Source: Adineta vaga (taxonomy: Eukaryota; Animalia; Rotifera). Taken from it: a DNA stretch of 64,000 nucleotides. The stretch lies in the NCBI GenBank assembly GCA_021613535.1, contig CP075494.1, positions 8,246,001-8,310,000 of the forward strand, read 5' to 3'. Positions 42,401-57,452 of the stretch are shown one piece after another. The position numbers were made by a program, and so were the translations under genes. The notes under the pieces were generated by a model. That model saw only the letters and a program-made list of their open reading frames with translations. It made no database searches and was not told the DNA's origin. The stretch's first letter is position 1. Every line of letters starts with the position of its first letter.

Positions 42401-42649
42401 TCGTACGCTTGATTATCATATTGTGGAGTTTGTGGAGATCGCTGAGCTCGTCGTTGACGACGTCGATCAGCTATAGCTGATCTTGATGAATCTCGAGGAC
42501 TTGCTTCAGAACTTGAATCCTTCACTAAACTTTCTTGAGATGTGTGTGCATGAGCACGACGTCCGCGCATTCGTTGTAGAACTGACCTACGAAAAAACAA
42601 CAAATTTAATGACAACGAAAAAAAAAGTTAAAGAAACGTACGGATCCAT
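33422..42649 (-). CDS. CC2D2A: Coiled-coil and C2 domain protein 2A (MKS6), ciliary transition-zone protein, many exons
   Basis: [12 protein letters not shown]2 region [53 protein letters not shown]-terminus [22 protein letters not shown]. Confidence 0.92.
35624..37295 (+). CDS. Secreted glycoside hydrolase family 31 (alpha-glucosidase/xylosidase-like), nested antisense in a CC2D2A intron; intron 36122-36206
   Basis: Signal peptide; IDSRW, FP, WWHG, nucleophile region FK|ADGTD, acid/base [44 protein letters not shown]. Confidence 0.92.
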
Positions 42650-43028
42650 TTTCAGTTTAATTTGATATCAAGATTATGAGATCGGATCAACTATCTAGCC
42701 ATTATGATGACATAGGACAATAGCTCCTTGGCATCATCCTCCATATGGACATTAAATGATTAAATTTTGATATTGTTTCTATTTAATTTATAGAAATTAT
42801 CAAGATCAAGATCTAGAAGTTATTAAGAAAAAAAGTATCTATAGATGTCGTCTTTTCTTACGATTGGTTGATCAACTGAACTAATAGTTCGTATTTATTT
42901 TTTGCAACTGGCTCACACACACACACATTTTAATCTTCCGCTTCTATTCTATTCTTCTTTCTATTCCTTTCGTATTACGCATATCATACTCATTTATTGA
43001 CTTTTACACACGACCATCTTGATTGATC

Positions 43029-44108
43029 ATGAGTACAACAGATAATCAAAGTATACTTTTTAATATATTTAAATTTTCACACATAAACTCTTACTCATTT
43101 ATTTAGTTAATAATGATGTTCCATCGGATGCACCTCATGCTTGTCCTGGTACGTCAAGTACTGTTGCTGGACGCGTCTCAGCTTGTGCTGGTTGTCCAAA
43201 TCAATCGATATGTTCATCAGGTGAAACACGTCGAGTGGATCCAGCAATTGTAGAGATTGGTCAACGTTTATCATCGGTTAAACATATTATACTTGTTTTG
43301 AGTGGAAAAGGTGGAGTAGGAAAAACAACTGTATCCGTTATGTTAGCACGAGCATTAGCAAGAAATTCTCAATTACGTGTAGCTTTACTTGATATCGATA
43401 TCTGTGGACCAAGTGTTCCAAGAGCACTCGGTGTTGAAAATGAACAAGTGAGTTAATTAAAATAAATAAATAGATGTTATCAATTTCTTTGTTTAGGTAC
43501 ATCCCAGTGGTTCTGGTTGGTCACCTGTTTATGTTAGTGAAAATTTATCTGCTATGTCTGTTGGTTTTCTATTAACTTCTCTTGAACAAGCAGTTATATG
43601 GAAAGGTCCACGTAAAGATAATATGATAAAACAATTTCTATTAGATGTCGATTGGGGTGAAGGTGAATTGGATTATTTAATTGTGGATACTCCTCCAGGT
43701 ACATCTGATGAACATTTATCCGTAGTGAATTATTTGAAAAATGTTTCATCATTATCTGGCTGTATTCTGGTGACAACGCCTCAAGAAATATCTTTACAAG
43801 ATGTTCGAAAAGAAATATCATTTGTTAAACAAACAAATTTGAATGTTCTTGGTATTATTGAAAATATGTCAATGTTTCAATGTGGAAAATGTCATAAAGA
43901 GAGTTATATTTTTCCAAAAACGAATGGTTTAAGAGAATTATGTGAAACCAATCATTATGAATTACTTTCTAGCATTCCAATTGATCCATCGATTGCAAAA
44001 TGTTGTGATGATGGAGAGGATCTTTTTGAACTTTATCCTGATTCATCTACTGCTAAAGTTTATTTAAATTTAGCAGAAAAAATTCAAGAAAAATGTCAAT
44101 CAAAATAG
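43029..44108 (+). CDS. NUBP1: Cytosolic Fe-S cluster assembly factor NUBP1 (Nbp35); 3 exons
   Basis: N-terminal CPG...[10 protein letters not shown] (CX13CX2CX5C), [36 protein letters not shown]...CGKC. Confidence 0.95.
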
Positions 44109-44205
44109 AAGAAAAAACGAATTTTTCATTTGTTATTTTATTTTATCAATGATTTATTTTTCAGATAACTATGAATAAGTCAAATAGAGAACATTAATTA
44201 ACAAA

Positions 44206-46291
<2,086 letters not shown>

Positions 46292-47704
46292 TCTGTTAGT
46301 TACTGCCAAGATAAATGTGTTAATATATAATTTATTTCTTAGTACATTGTCTGTTTAATATTGTTTCTTTTGCAATCCGTTATCGCTTGTTAATATTAAC
46401 AAAAATCTGGTTGTATCGTTTTTTTCTGTAAATCATAATAATAAAGAGATATTGTTGTAGAATTCGATGAAAAAATTCTATTTGTGTAGCTAAGATAAGC
46501 ACTCTCTAATAAGTTATACGTATTTGCTTTTATTTGTATTGCATTTTCTCTCGATGCGATATTCGATGACGATCAAAAAATAGAAGATAGTTCATTTTCT
46601 ATTCAATTCTTCGATTGTGTTATTGAAATAAGTTAGATCTGTACTCATTCTTTGTATTTAATATCACTTTTTTTGTTCCTTTCAAAATATTCGAAAGAAA
46701 GAACAAAACAAATGAAAGTTCAATGTGTTATACCGTTCGTTCTGTTGTTTTCTCAATAGCTTCGTTTCAAATTCATCATTGATGTTTATCGAGTATGAAA
46801 ATTTACAGAAAACTTCATTGATTGATTGATCATAAATAATATAACAAAATCAAGATATAATTTTATAAAATTAACAAGCATTAAAACGAAAACACACGTG
46901 TTGATCTACACATATGTTGGTCTAAAATTAAACTCAAGTAAACATAAAAGATGTGTAAGCAATAGCTATATCTAGATCGTGTAAAATGAAATGATGTCTG
47001 TGACGATCAATTTAAAAAATCTTCTAGACAAATACATAAACAGTAAATATCGAACAACAACATCAAAACATCTGTTTTTCTTGTTCGGATTTGATTGGAC
47101 AACAAAACACGATGATTTTTCGTCTATTATCATGCATTCATGTTTCGTGATGAAAAATCATAGCAAATGAATAATATGTGAATACGGGAAGTAATCAAAG
47201 AATCGAAAAACATCGATAGAGAGTATTTCTATAATGAGAAAGAAAACTATTTATGAAATGAGTAAATGTTATTATACACAACAATGTTTTTAATTATAAA
47301 TTAGATGGAAGTACATGATATGTACCTCATACATAATATAATTTTAAAAAAAACAATTAGAAAAAAATATCTGTAGAAATATCGAATTCAATTAATGAAG
47401 ATCTATTTCAACGTTTTACAATTGATCATTTTGTGTACTGAATTATCAGTAGAAGAAAAAGAAATCTCTATTTTATCTTTCATCTTTGAAAAAAGAACGA
47501 TGTTTATCAATCATCACTATTTTCAATGTCATAGATAGTTTGATTGGATCTTACATTTGAATAAAACATGTTTTTATGACTCTGAAAGTATAGCTCTTTG
47601 AATATTTATTTAAATGACTCAAAAGAAAAACAAGATAGAAAGCCATCCCATGTAATATACACTATTCATTGGGATCATATCCTCATTATTAAACCGAAGA
47701 ATGT

Positions 47705-49142
47705 TTACAAATAAACATTATGAACATCAAACATATTTGGTGTATAGAATGTTGATGATGAATTTGATGTCGACTGAGGAAAAACAGGTGCAGATACATT
47801 AGAAGATGGATACGGAAATGTTGCTGTTGATCGATAAATTTGTTCGTAATCTAAATATTGGTAAATTAAATAAAAATATAGAGATTCTTTTTATTGATTA
47901 TGAAATAAACATACCATTTGTATATCGAGTATAGAATGGTGATTGTTGATTGGTAAATAAATTCGTTGGATTAGTCGCATTTCCATTACTACTACATTCA
48001 TTGTTTGGTTGAAAAAGTGAATCGGTACCTGATGATGAAGGTGTTTCTAATGAAGGTAAACAAAATGGATTAAAATGAAGACGAGAAGATGATGATTGTG
48101 GTCCAGGAATAGTTGTATTACTACTTGTTGCTGTAGGTGCATTAGAAAAGATAAGAGGACTAGCACTAGCTGGTATTTGTTGTTGTTGATGAACGGAAGC
48201 AATTTTTCGCCAACGTGCACGACGATTTGAAAACCAAACCTTGAAATAAAATAAATTTTTAAATGAAATAAAAAGAAACTAATTACGCTTAGTTTTCAAT
48301 ACCTGAACACGAGCTTCAGTTAAGCCTGTTCGTCTTGATAATTCTTCTCTTGCTTGTACATCTGGATAATGTGTTCGTTGAAAAACTTGTTCTAATTGTT
48401 CAATTTGATCTTGACTAAAACTTGTTCGATAGCGACGATTCTTAGTAATTTTTTCAGCATTCGATTTGTCATCTGTTGATTCGTCATCGTTATTATCACG
48501 TAACATTCGTGTTAAAGTACTTAAACTCGGTAATGAAGTTGGTTTACAAACACCATCACGAACTAATCGTTCACGTATTTCCCAAACTAACATCGGACCA
48601 TTAGGATAAGAATTTTTATATTCATCAATTTTCTGTTCAATATTAACAGGAAGAATTCTCGGTTTGGAACCACCGATTGAACCGGGTTTTATCGAACCTG
48701 TTTCTGCATAACGTGAAAGAATTTTTGATACACATCCATGTGAAATACGTAACTTAAATAAGAAGAAATAGTCTAGAAGAGAAAGAAAAACCTAGACAAA
48801 TCGATTAATACCTGTCGACTTATAACACAAGGTCGAATCCCTTGCGCAGCCATATCGATAATTTTCATCCGAAGATGATTAGGTAATGGTCGACCATTAA
48901 TAAATACTCCGCCTAATTGATTAATACGACCTTGTCCTGAAATAAATCCTCAAAATTTTCTTATCTTTAATAGAAAAATTTCATTTTCATTTACCTTCAT
49001 AACTTAAACATTGTGGATGATAAATCATATTTGATGACGATGATGGTGTTGTATTCGCGACTGTTGAAGATTGTGCCCAAGATGTTGGTGAATTGATCAC
49101 TCGATCCATTGTTTCACTGATTGTATTCGTATTCGAAAGCAT
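47705..49142 (-). CDS. PAX3/7: Pax3/7 (paired/gooseberry-class) transcription factor; start codon uncertain
   Basis: Paired domain [21 protein letters not shown]...[21 protein letters not shown]; homeodomain RRYRTSF...HYPDV..REEL...LTEARVQ|[12 protein letters not shown] (Ser50). Confidence 0.92.
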
Positions 49143-50832
49143 GACGTTGACAGCAATAGATAATTTGCTTATATTCGACACGTTTTCCGGCCTTTATTTA
49201 TTCGCTTAAATCGGCTTCGATGTCACTCACGTATGTATTATTAGATGCGGATTCACGATAGATAGTTATATATATATATATATACAAGGAAGACAAAATT
49301 GAAAAAAAAGAAAGAATGAAATGTTGTATTTGACAGTTAACAACTTGTATATAGATCGGTACTCTTCTTTTTTCTCTCTCTCTCTTTCTCTCTTTTTTCT
49401 CTAAAGTGCGAAATGTGAGTTTCACGCGTATTAAATCTAAAGAAAAAGACAATTTACCTAACCAAATGATAGAGAAGTATACATACTCATTTGCAATTTT
49501 CTCGCATGTCGCCGACATAGATGATCGAAAGATGCAATCTTCATATTCGTTTGTATATGTATGTTTCGCTTGTTTGATGGGTGTCATCATTTTGGTGTCA
49601 CCATCATTCAACCATCAACATCATTATCGATTGTATGAGGAGAAGAAGAAGAAGAAGAAGTAGCAAAGAAAAAGGAGAGACATTTTTTTAGACCAATCGT
49701 TGATCGAACGAAAATATTATTTTCTTCAATGAACCAATTAAATTCAATTCGTTTCTAGAGAGAAGAAAAATCACTTAGGAATAAGTTCGTTATTGACACG
49801 TAATTGTTTCGTAATGGAAGAGAAATTTCGCTTATTTCTATGTGAAATTTCCAAAGACTAGAAATGATGCAAGCGAACAAAAACAAGCATAGGAAAAATA
49901 GAAAATTATGTACAAGAATTCAATCGATATATAATAATGAACAGGCAGACATGAACTTATTTCAAGGTCTGATCTCCTAAAGAGAAAAGGTCATGTCCTT
50001 CTTTAATTTCGACCTTTGCGAGAATGTACGGTCATTGTCTCTGCTAATGAAATCTTGATTTGATTTTTCCACATAGACAAATATTGCTCAATATTCTGAA
50101 TGTTACGTGACTAACAAAAACAATTTATAAAATATATCGAAAGTCCTTTTTGAATATACACTTCTATCAATCATTTTTGTTCATATATGCTTCAATAAAT
50201 AGATTTGATCGATTACACAGGAATGAAATGATTTTCCCACAACGAATCGTTCATGCTTAGTATTATTGAGACGATAAGATAGATATATAGATAGTTGATT
50301 CGTACTACACGAAAATATTTAAATGTATCTTTTACATTAGAAATAATAAGAATCTATTCAACGGATTTGTATATATTAACAGAACATGATTGTCATATTC
50401 GTTGTATGGCGGGCTCTATAAGAAATTCTTAGCATTCGATAAATTCATGCTTGTTTAATTCTTCTAATCATTCATTCATTCATACAATTAACAATAAAAA
50501 GAATCACATGATGTTGTTGTCGAAACTCAATTCTTCTAATGATTAGTTAGAATTTTTGTATTTTAGAATGGCACCAAGAGAAGACTTTATCCATTCTGTT
50601 GTAAGAGAATCAAATATGCAAATGAATCATAGATAGATGAAAAAGAATGAGAAAAAAATCGCGAATGCTTGTCTGTTTCCCATCTCTAAAGACTAGTATA
50701 GCATGAATTCTTTTTTCCTCGTTTTTTTTGTTTACGATGCACAGAACGGCGCAAAGAGAGTAATTCCGATCTTCTATTTCTTTCTTTCTCTTCCATCTAG
50801 ATCGGGCGACATTTAATACGATTTTTTTCACT

Positions 50833-53763
50833 ATGGCGGACCATCCTATATCTGTTTCTGAACCATTAAATAATGAAAATTTTAACGATAACGAAACATC
50901 CAACGTTAATCATCCACCAGGTCCAACAAAATGGAATCGGATAATAAAAATCTTCTTTTATATATTCTCTGATTGTCTTTTTGCACGTATACTTGCATTT
51001 ACATTCATCTGTCAAGCTGCTGTTATGTGGCTAGGAACAGCATTAAATTTTATTCTCCAATTATTATTTATTCCATTTTCATTTTCGGCATCTTCAAAAC
51101 CAGATGCATCACCATCATCGAATATCTTTTCATTTCTTGGAAGTTATTCAATGATTCCAGGAATTGTTGCTTTTTCTGCACATTATTTTTGGTTTGTTTT
51201 GCAAATTGGTTGTCATTGTTTTACAACTACATTACGTACGTAGAAGTTTTCCAGATCTTCAATATATCAACTTTTGTTTTTAGGTAATAAGAAATCAGAT
51301 CATCGAACCAATGCACTTTTATTTTTTATTGATAACGAAATTGCATTTTTTCATGTTAATGTTAAACAATTATATCGATTATTCGTTAGTTTATCATCAA
51401 TTGCATATATTATTTTTTATGCTAGTCGAGATCTATTGAATTGTTTGATTGTTCCATCTGGTCAGGTACCACTTGCATTAATGTGGGGTTTACATAGTAA
51501 GAAAAGAAATGAAACAATCTCTTTTAAAACTTAATTTTTCTCGTTTGTTTTCTTCAGTACTTCATCTACTTGGTTTGGCAATCTATGTAGTTCTAACTAT
51601 TTGCTCAAATTGGACAAAGACAAGTAAAGCAATGAAACAATTAACATTTCATCCTACATCACATCTATCCGGTTTAATTATAATCTTCGTATTAATAATC
51701 ATTCCGATTATATTTCAAATCGTTTGTATTTTTGTCAATGTATTTATTGGTATATTAACATTTATTATTTGGACATTTCTATTTCATCAAACATGGGCAC
51801 CAGCTAAACCTGAAGATGATGATATAGAACCAGCACCAGCTCACGAAGATATCAATGATAGGACAAGAACTGGTAAGAATCTCTCGAAATAAAGAAGTCT
51901 AAATCATAAATTGATACATGTGTAGAATCAACACCGGCGAATATGTATCTTAGTGATATGAAACATACCTATTGTGTGAATATTTGTTCGATATTTTTCA
52001 AAGGACCATTGGATCGATATTATGAGTAAGTTTTCTTTCGTAACAATAGAAATGAAAACTAAATTTTCTTTCATTTTAGTTCTCGCATAATAACTCGTCT
52101 TACTCGTGTATTTACATATAAAGTTTTTATTCTCGTTCTTCAATGTATTATGTTTACTTCATTAGTATTCGTTTTGAAACGATCATCAAATGATCTTTCA
52201 ACAAAAGAACGTCTATTACAAATTTTTCTTCTTCTCTTATTAGCAACAATCGAATTCATTTTATTATTACCACCTTTCATTGCTCGATTCAATGTACTCC
52301 GTATTCAAATGAATCTCATACAAATTTTATTAATTATAATATTTGTTCTTTTAATGAGTGGTATCATCATGTTAATTAGAAGTAAAGTTGGAAATGAATT
52401 AATTATGATCGTTTGCATTCTACCACCATTTCTCTATGCTGTTCTTTTATTTATCTTCTATGTTTATCATTGTATACGAGATTTTTGGCATTTTATTATA
52501 AAAAAACATCGTCATCGTCGAAATTTACTTGTACCTGGTCTTATCGAATGGATTGAATGTCATCATTCTATATCTTTGTATGTAAATGCATATTATATGA
52601 TTTTTCTTATACTTGCTTTGATTGCATTTGCTGGACTTACATTAGCATCATCGATGTTTTATTTAAATAATAAAGATATTGAAAATAATTCGAATTCTCA
52701 AGATACAATAACATTATATGGAAATTATAGTTTAATTATAAATAGAAATTCTGATCGAATGGAAGCTTGTAATTGGCATTTTGAAGATTTTACTATTGAA
52801 GATATGATTCTATTTGCAGCATTAGCTTATCAACCAACAGAAATGTTACAAGATGAAATTGAAAATTTCTATCCACGAGAAACACAACAAACAAAAACAA
52901 TGTTTGTTGATATTGAAAATAGTCAATTTCAAGCGCATGGCTATGGGAATGTGACTTATTTTACATTAGTTACAAAAAATGCAGTTATTGTAAGCATACG
53001 AGGTAAACTATGATTTATAACTGATTGCATCAGAAGTTTGTTAAATATATCTGCGGTTTATATCAATGCGAAGTTTTTTTTTCTAATTAGGTACGAAATT
53101 GTTATATGAATGGTTAATCGATTTTGATACATGGAATGAAGCTTTCCTATATCAAGTTTTATCGATCTTATTTCCATGGTCAAAATTATTTCCTGAATAT
53201 ATGACAGCACGTATTATAAAACATTTATCTATCTTAGAACGTTTAGTTAGTACTAATATGAAACAATTAAATAAACAACGATTTTATTTACAACAACTTG
53301 TTCCGAAATTAAAACGAATTCGACAATTATATCGAAATAAACGTTCATTTATTCTCGTTGGACATTCGTAAGTTTCATTTTTTTTCTATCTATGTCAAAG
53401 AAATCCTATTCTTCTTGTAGACTTGGTGGTGGTTTAGCAAAATTAGCTGGATCTGCTTTATTGAATGAAACGTCAGTTGTTGTTTCTGTCAGTGGTCCTG
53501 GTATAACATATAGTCATACGAAAACGGATGAAACTAAAGCTATTCCTATGGCTGATATACATAAAAAGATTTTTAATATTTATCATGATCGTGATGTTGT
53601 ATCATGGAGTGATAAACAAGAAGGTTTACAACAAGAAATAACATGTCCACTAAAATATAATTTTCTTCAATGTCATTATATTAATCCATTTATGTGTGCA
53701 GTTATTCAACAATGTGGAAATACAAAGCAATTTAAATTTAATCAAGCTATTTGTGAATCTTAA
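50833..53763 (+). CDS. Multi-pass membrane protein with C-terminal class-3 lipase domain, ~7 exons
   Basis: Many hydrophobic helices, then SIRG|T, GHS|LGGG (Ser codon split by intron 53368-53420), SGPG, HDRDVV and a terminal CH. Confidence 0.8.
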
Positions 53764-54963
53764 TTATTGTGTTTTTGAATAGATGTATTTTAATAGATCA
53801 CTAATAGGTCGAATCATTTCTTTACAAGAAATAGACATTTTTGAAAAATCATTTTGACAAGAAAAAGAAAGTCTGAAATAATGTAAAGATATCTGCTTCT
53901 CGAAGAATTTGCACCGCTCATCCTCCGTTCATTTGCAAATTATGATAAACGATGTATATGATTTTTTCAAAATATGACTTCATCAATCTTATTTCCAGAT
54001 GACATGCAATAGAAATAGAACTCGAATGAAGTTACCGTGACATATTCTCACATCAATATCAGGAACTCTCCTTTAACTAACTTCAAAAAAGTACAAAATT
54101 AACCTATTTCTTTTTGTTTTTAAAACAGGAACATCATAAGATAATATTTATGTTTTCCGAAGCCTCGATATACACATCAATCATTAAAATTTTACAATGT
54201 GATGAATCGACTGTTGACTGAACGAAGTGAGACAAAGAAAATCTACTTTTCATGAAATGATCTACAACGTTATTAGGAGATCTTTTTCTTTTGTTATCAA
54301 CAAATATAAAAATATTCAGGTCATTCTAAGTGCAAATATTTTATAAGGAAGCAGATGGTTGACTATTTTTTGTCATCTATATTAACTATTCTTTCTAATA
54401 GTTCGTATTCGACCCTAATGAGATTCTATAAAATTCGTGTGTTATACGAATAATTCAATTGATCACGAATTGTCCTATGAAATTTTCTTCTATCATTTCA
54501 AATCAGAATAGTATTCAATATAACTCTCACTTTTCTTTTCTGTAAATTATCATATTCTGTAAGCCTAGCTTCTCTCGTTATTAACAACAGTTTTTGGTTT
54601 ATTGTCGATCGTGTTACCAAATATAATGCTTAGATTTTGATCTTGATCAAATAAGTATTGCATGACATGGACGAATGTAGCTTCTTTCTCGTAGCCATAT
54701 GTGTAGATAACAAAAGAAAACTAACGGAAAAGTTCATAAAGCTCTCTCATGAGAAACAAAGAAATCATCTTTATGTTCTGCAGTTTCTGTCGTATATTTT
54801 TAGACGAGGAAAATTACTCTATGAAATATTCATGTAAACGTTAACAGTCTAAAACTTTGTCTTCTTTTGCAATATTTCATAGATAGTCTGAACATATCTT
54901 TTCTCATTGTGAATTTTATCGTTTCTGAAAATTATAGAAAAGTAACAAGATATTTTTCAACAA

Positions 54964-55880
54964 ATGATGAATGAATATACTTATATTCAATTGAGCCGTT
55001 ACACGCAACCGATTTTAATTCTATTTGGTACTATTGGTGCTATATTAAATCAAATATTATTTCGTCGTCGAAAATTATTAAGAACTGTTTCATGTTCACT
55101 TTATTTTCGAGTTTTAGCAGTCAATGATCTTTTAGTTCTTTATATTATCGTTTTAACACAATGGCTTAATGATCAATTTCAAATTGATTTAACCAGGAAA
55201 TTTCAATGGCATTGTAAAATTCGAACATATGCAATGTTTTGTCTTTATGCCATTTCACCATATTGTATTGTTTTAGTTTGTATTGATCGTTTTTGTCGAA
55301 CATCAAAATATTCTCGTATACGAACTATTGCAACGTTACGTACAGCTTATCGTTTGGTATTCTTTGTAATCATCTGGATTTCTCTTATTTATATTCACAT
55401 TCCTTTTCAATATAGTATCATTCAATCAACATGTTTACCATTAAGTCTATCTTATTACCGTTTTCTTGGTTATTTTTTGTTATTTGTCTATTGTCTTCTT
55501 CCTCCAATTTTAATGGTAATTTTTGCCAGTTGTACATTAATATTATTACGTAATCGTCGACGAAAACAAATTGAAAAATATCAACTCAAAGTTTATTTCT
55601 CACATAAACGTGTCTCTATCGTGATTATCAATTAATAAAAATACTTGTTCTCTACGTTGTAACAAATATTATTTGTACATTACCATTTTCTATTTTGATT
55701 CTATTTGATATTCATCAGAAACATTCGGATACACACTTGATGTTATACATTAGATGTTCGGTTCTACTTTGTAATTTAAATCATTGTACGAGTTTTTATA
55801 TCTATACACTAGGAACACCATTGTATCGACGAGAATTATTACTATTCATTCGACCCATACGAGTGCGTTTTTTCATATAA
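54964..55880 (+). pseudogene. Intronless class A orphan GPCR with a single frameshift at ~55608-55633
   Basis: TM1-5 with CIDRF in the first frame; TM6-7 (RDYQLIKIL..., HCTSFYIYTLGTPLYRREL) in a second frame. No AG acceptor lies in the overlap. Could be an assembly error. Confidence 0.65.
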
Positions 55881-56840
55881 ATTCATCTAAGTTAACAGAA
55901 CAATAAATAATTCACATTGATCATCTGTCGGGAACTTATGATTATTCAAAATTCAGAAAATAATTCTCTTGTTATTTGTAGTACTACGCAGAATACCAAT
56001 GTGTGTCGTATTTAGAATGACCTTGAAATGAACTGAATATTTATATAATTACAAGTGAAACTTCCTTGTGACTTAATAATAGCATCGTATTCTATTCATG
56101 AATAAGAAAATCATGCTGAGAATAATTCGAAAATGTTTTGAACTAAATACTAGGAGGTCAATTATTCGCTCTGGCAACTTTTCTTGTACAAGAAAAATAT
56201 GATCAAAATAAATCTCGATTTTCATGAAGCTTCGCGTAGAATATCCTAGAATAAAATTCGTTTATTGATCGATTTTAATTCTATTCTCATCAGTTCTAGA
56301 TAGCTCTCGATTTCTTACGATTTCTTTTTTCATTGAATGAAGGCGCAAGACACATTTTGAAAGGCTTGTCGAATATTAACTGAACCATTATCAGTTTTAG
56401 TATTTACAATAAACAATTAATATTACACATTGATCTCGTGCCAATATTGAATGCGAAGAGAATCTTTCAACAAAGATGTGTGTTTTTGACACATTAAATA
56501 TCCTGACGATTTCGACTATAATTATGTTATCGTTTATTTTTATGTCGAAAACTTCATTAGCAACTAATGAGATCTCTTATTGAATGAAGTGATCAATAAG
56601 ACATAGCATCTATTTACTAGTACTTTGCATATCAAGATCTTATGGAATGACGGTCAATGAATTTCGTATTGATCTTATAGAACAGATCAAACTGGAATAT
56701 TTTTCGTGGTTCTACTGTTATTAATCTAATTAATTTAATGATGATGATGATGTTCTACTACGGTATGATTTTTAGTCGAAATTACATAACCATAATCATT
56801 CAACAATCAAATCTATAGAATAAGATTACACTTAAAATGA

Positions 56841-57452
56841 TCAGTATGTGCGTGTGTTTATTATCAAAGAGTAGAATATTACAATAAGAGAAAAAGTCAT
56901 CATCCCAATTGAAAAAGAATGATTAAAAGCTTGATTACATGCATCTTTATCACATATATGTAAGCAGCCACGTAATCGTCGATGTGGATTAATCCACTGA
57001 AGTTTAATAAAACCACAATGACTCGTACGAGTTATACTATTATCATCACCTTCATCTCTACTACAAGTTCGATAGACATATCGAATAGAATTTGGTTCTA
57101 TTGCAAAAAGTAAATAATTTGTTAAAAAACAAATTAAAAAATTTCATTTACCTGGTGAATGTGCGACTAATTTGATACAATGTGTTGCAAGAAAACGACC
57201 TTGTCGACCACGTGAATTTGTTAAACATGATGTTTGAAGCAAAGGCGTTGTGCCTTCTATTTCACCATGAAAGGGATCTTCACATGCAGGATTACTACCA
57301 TTCTCTGACGAACATTTATAACAAGAAATTGATGATACTAGAAAATCTCATGTTTATCTTTTGTTTCGGCGATAAAATGGATTTATTTTATACATACCAA
57401 TGTCAACTAATACAGTTATGAATAGAAGAATATAAAAAGATCGAATAATCAT
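56841..57452 (-). CDS. Ly6/uPAR three-finger (Quiver/Sleepless-like) protein, probably GPI-anchored; 3 exons, not in the ORF track
   Basis: Manual splicing gives signal peptide MIIRSFYILLFITVLVDI, then ISCYKCSS...ACEDPF...C...CIK...YRTC...C...GCLHICDKDACN (10 Cys) and a hydrophobic C-terminal tail. Confidence 0.88.

Noticed and set aside
42690-42750. RFX X-box upstream of CC2D2A
   Set aside because: Only degenerate half-sites (e.g. GGCATC); not supportable without a matrix scan.
49198-49663. Overlapping ORFs upstream of Pax3/7
   Set aside because: Driven by TC, TA and AAG simple repeats; more likely promoter or 5' UTR sequence.
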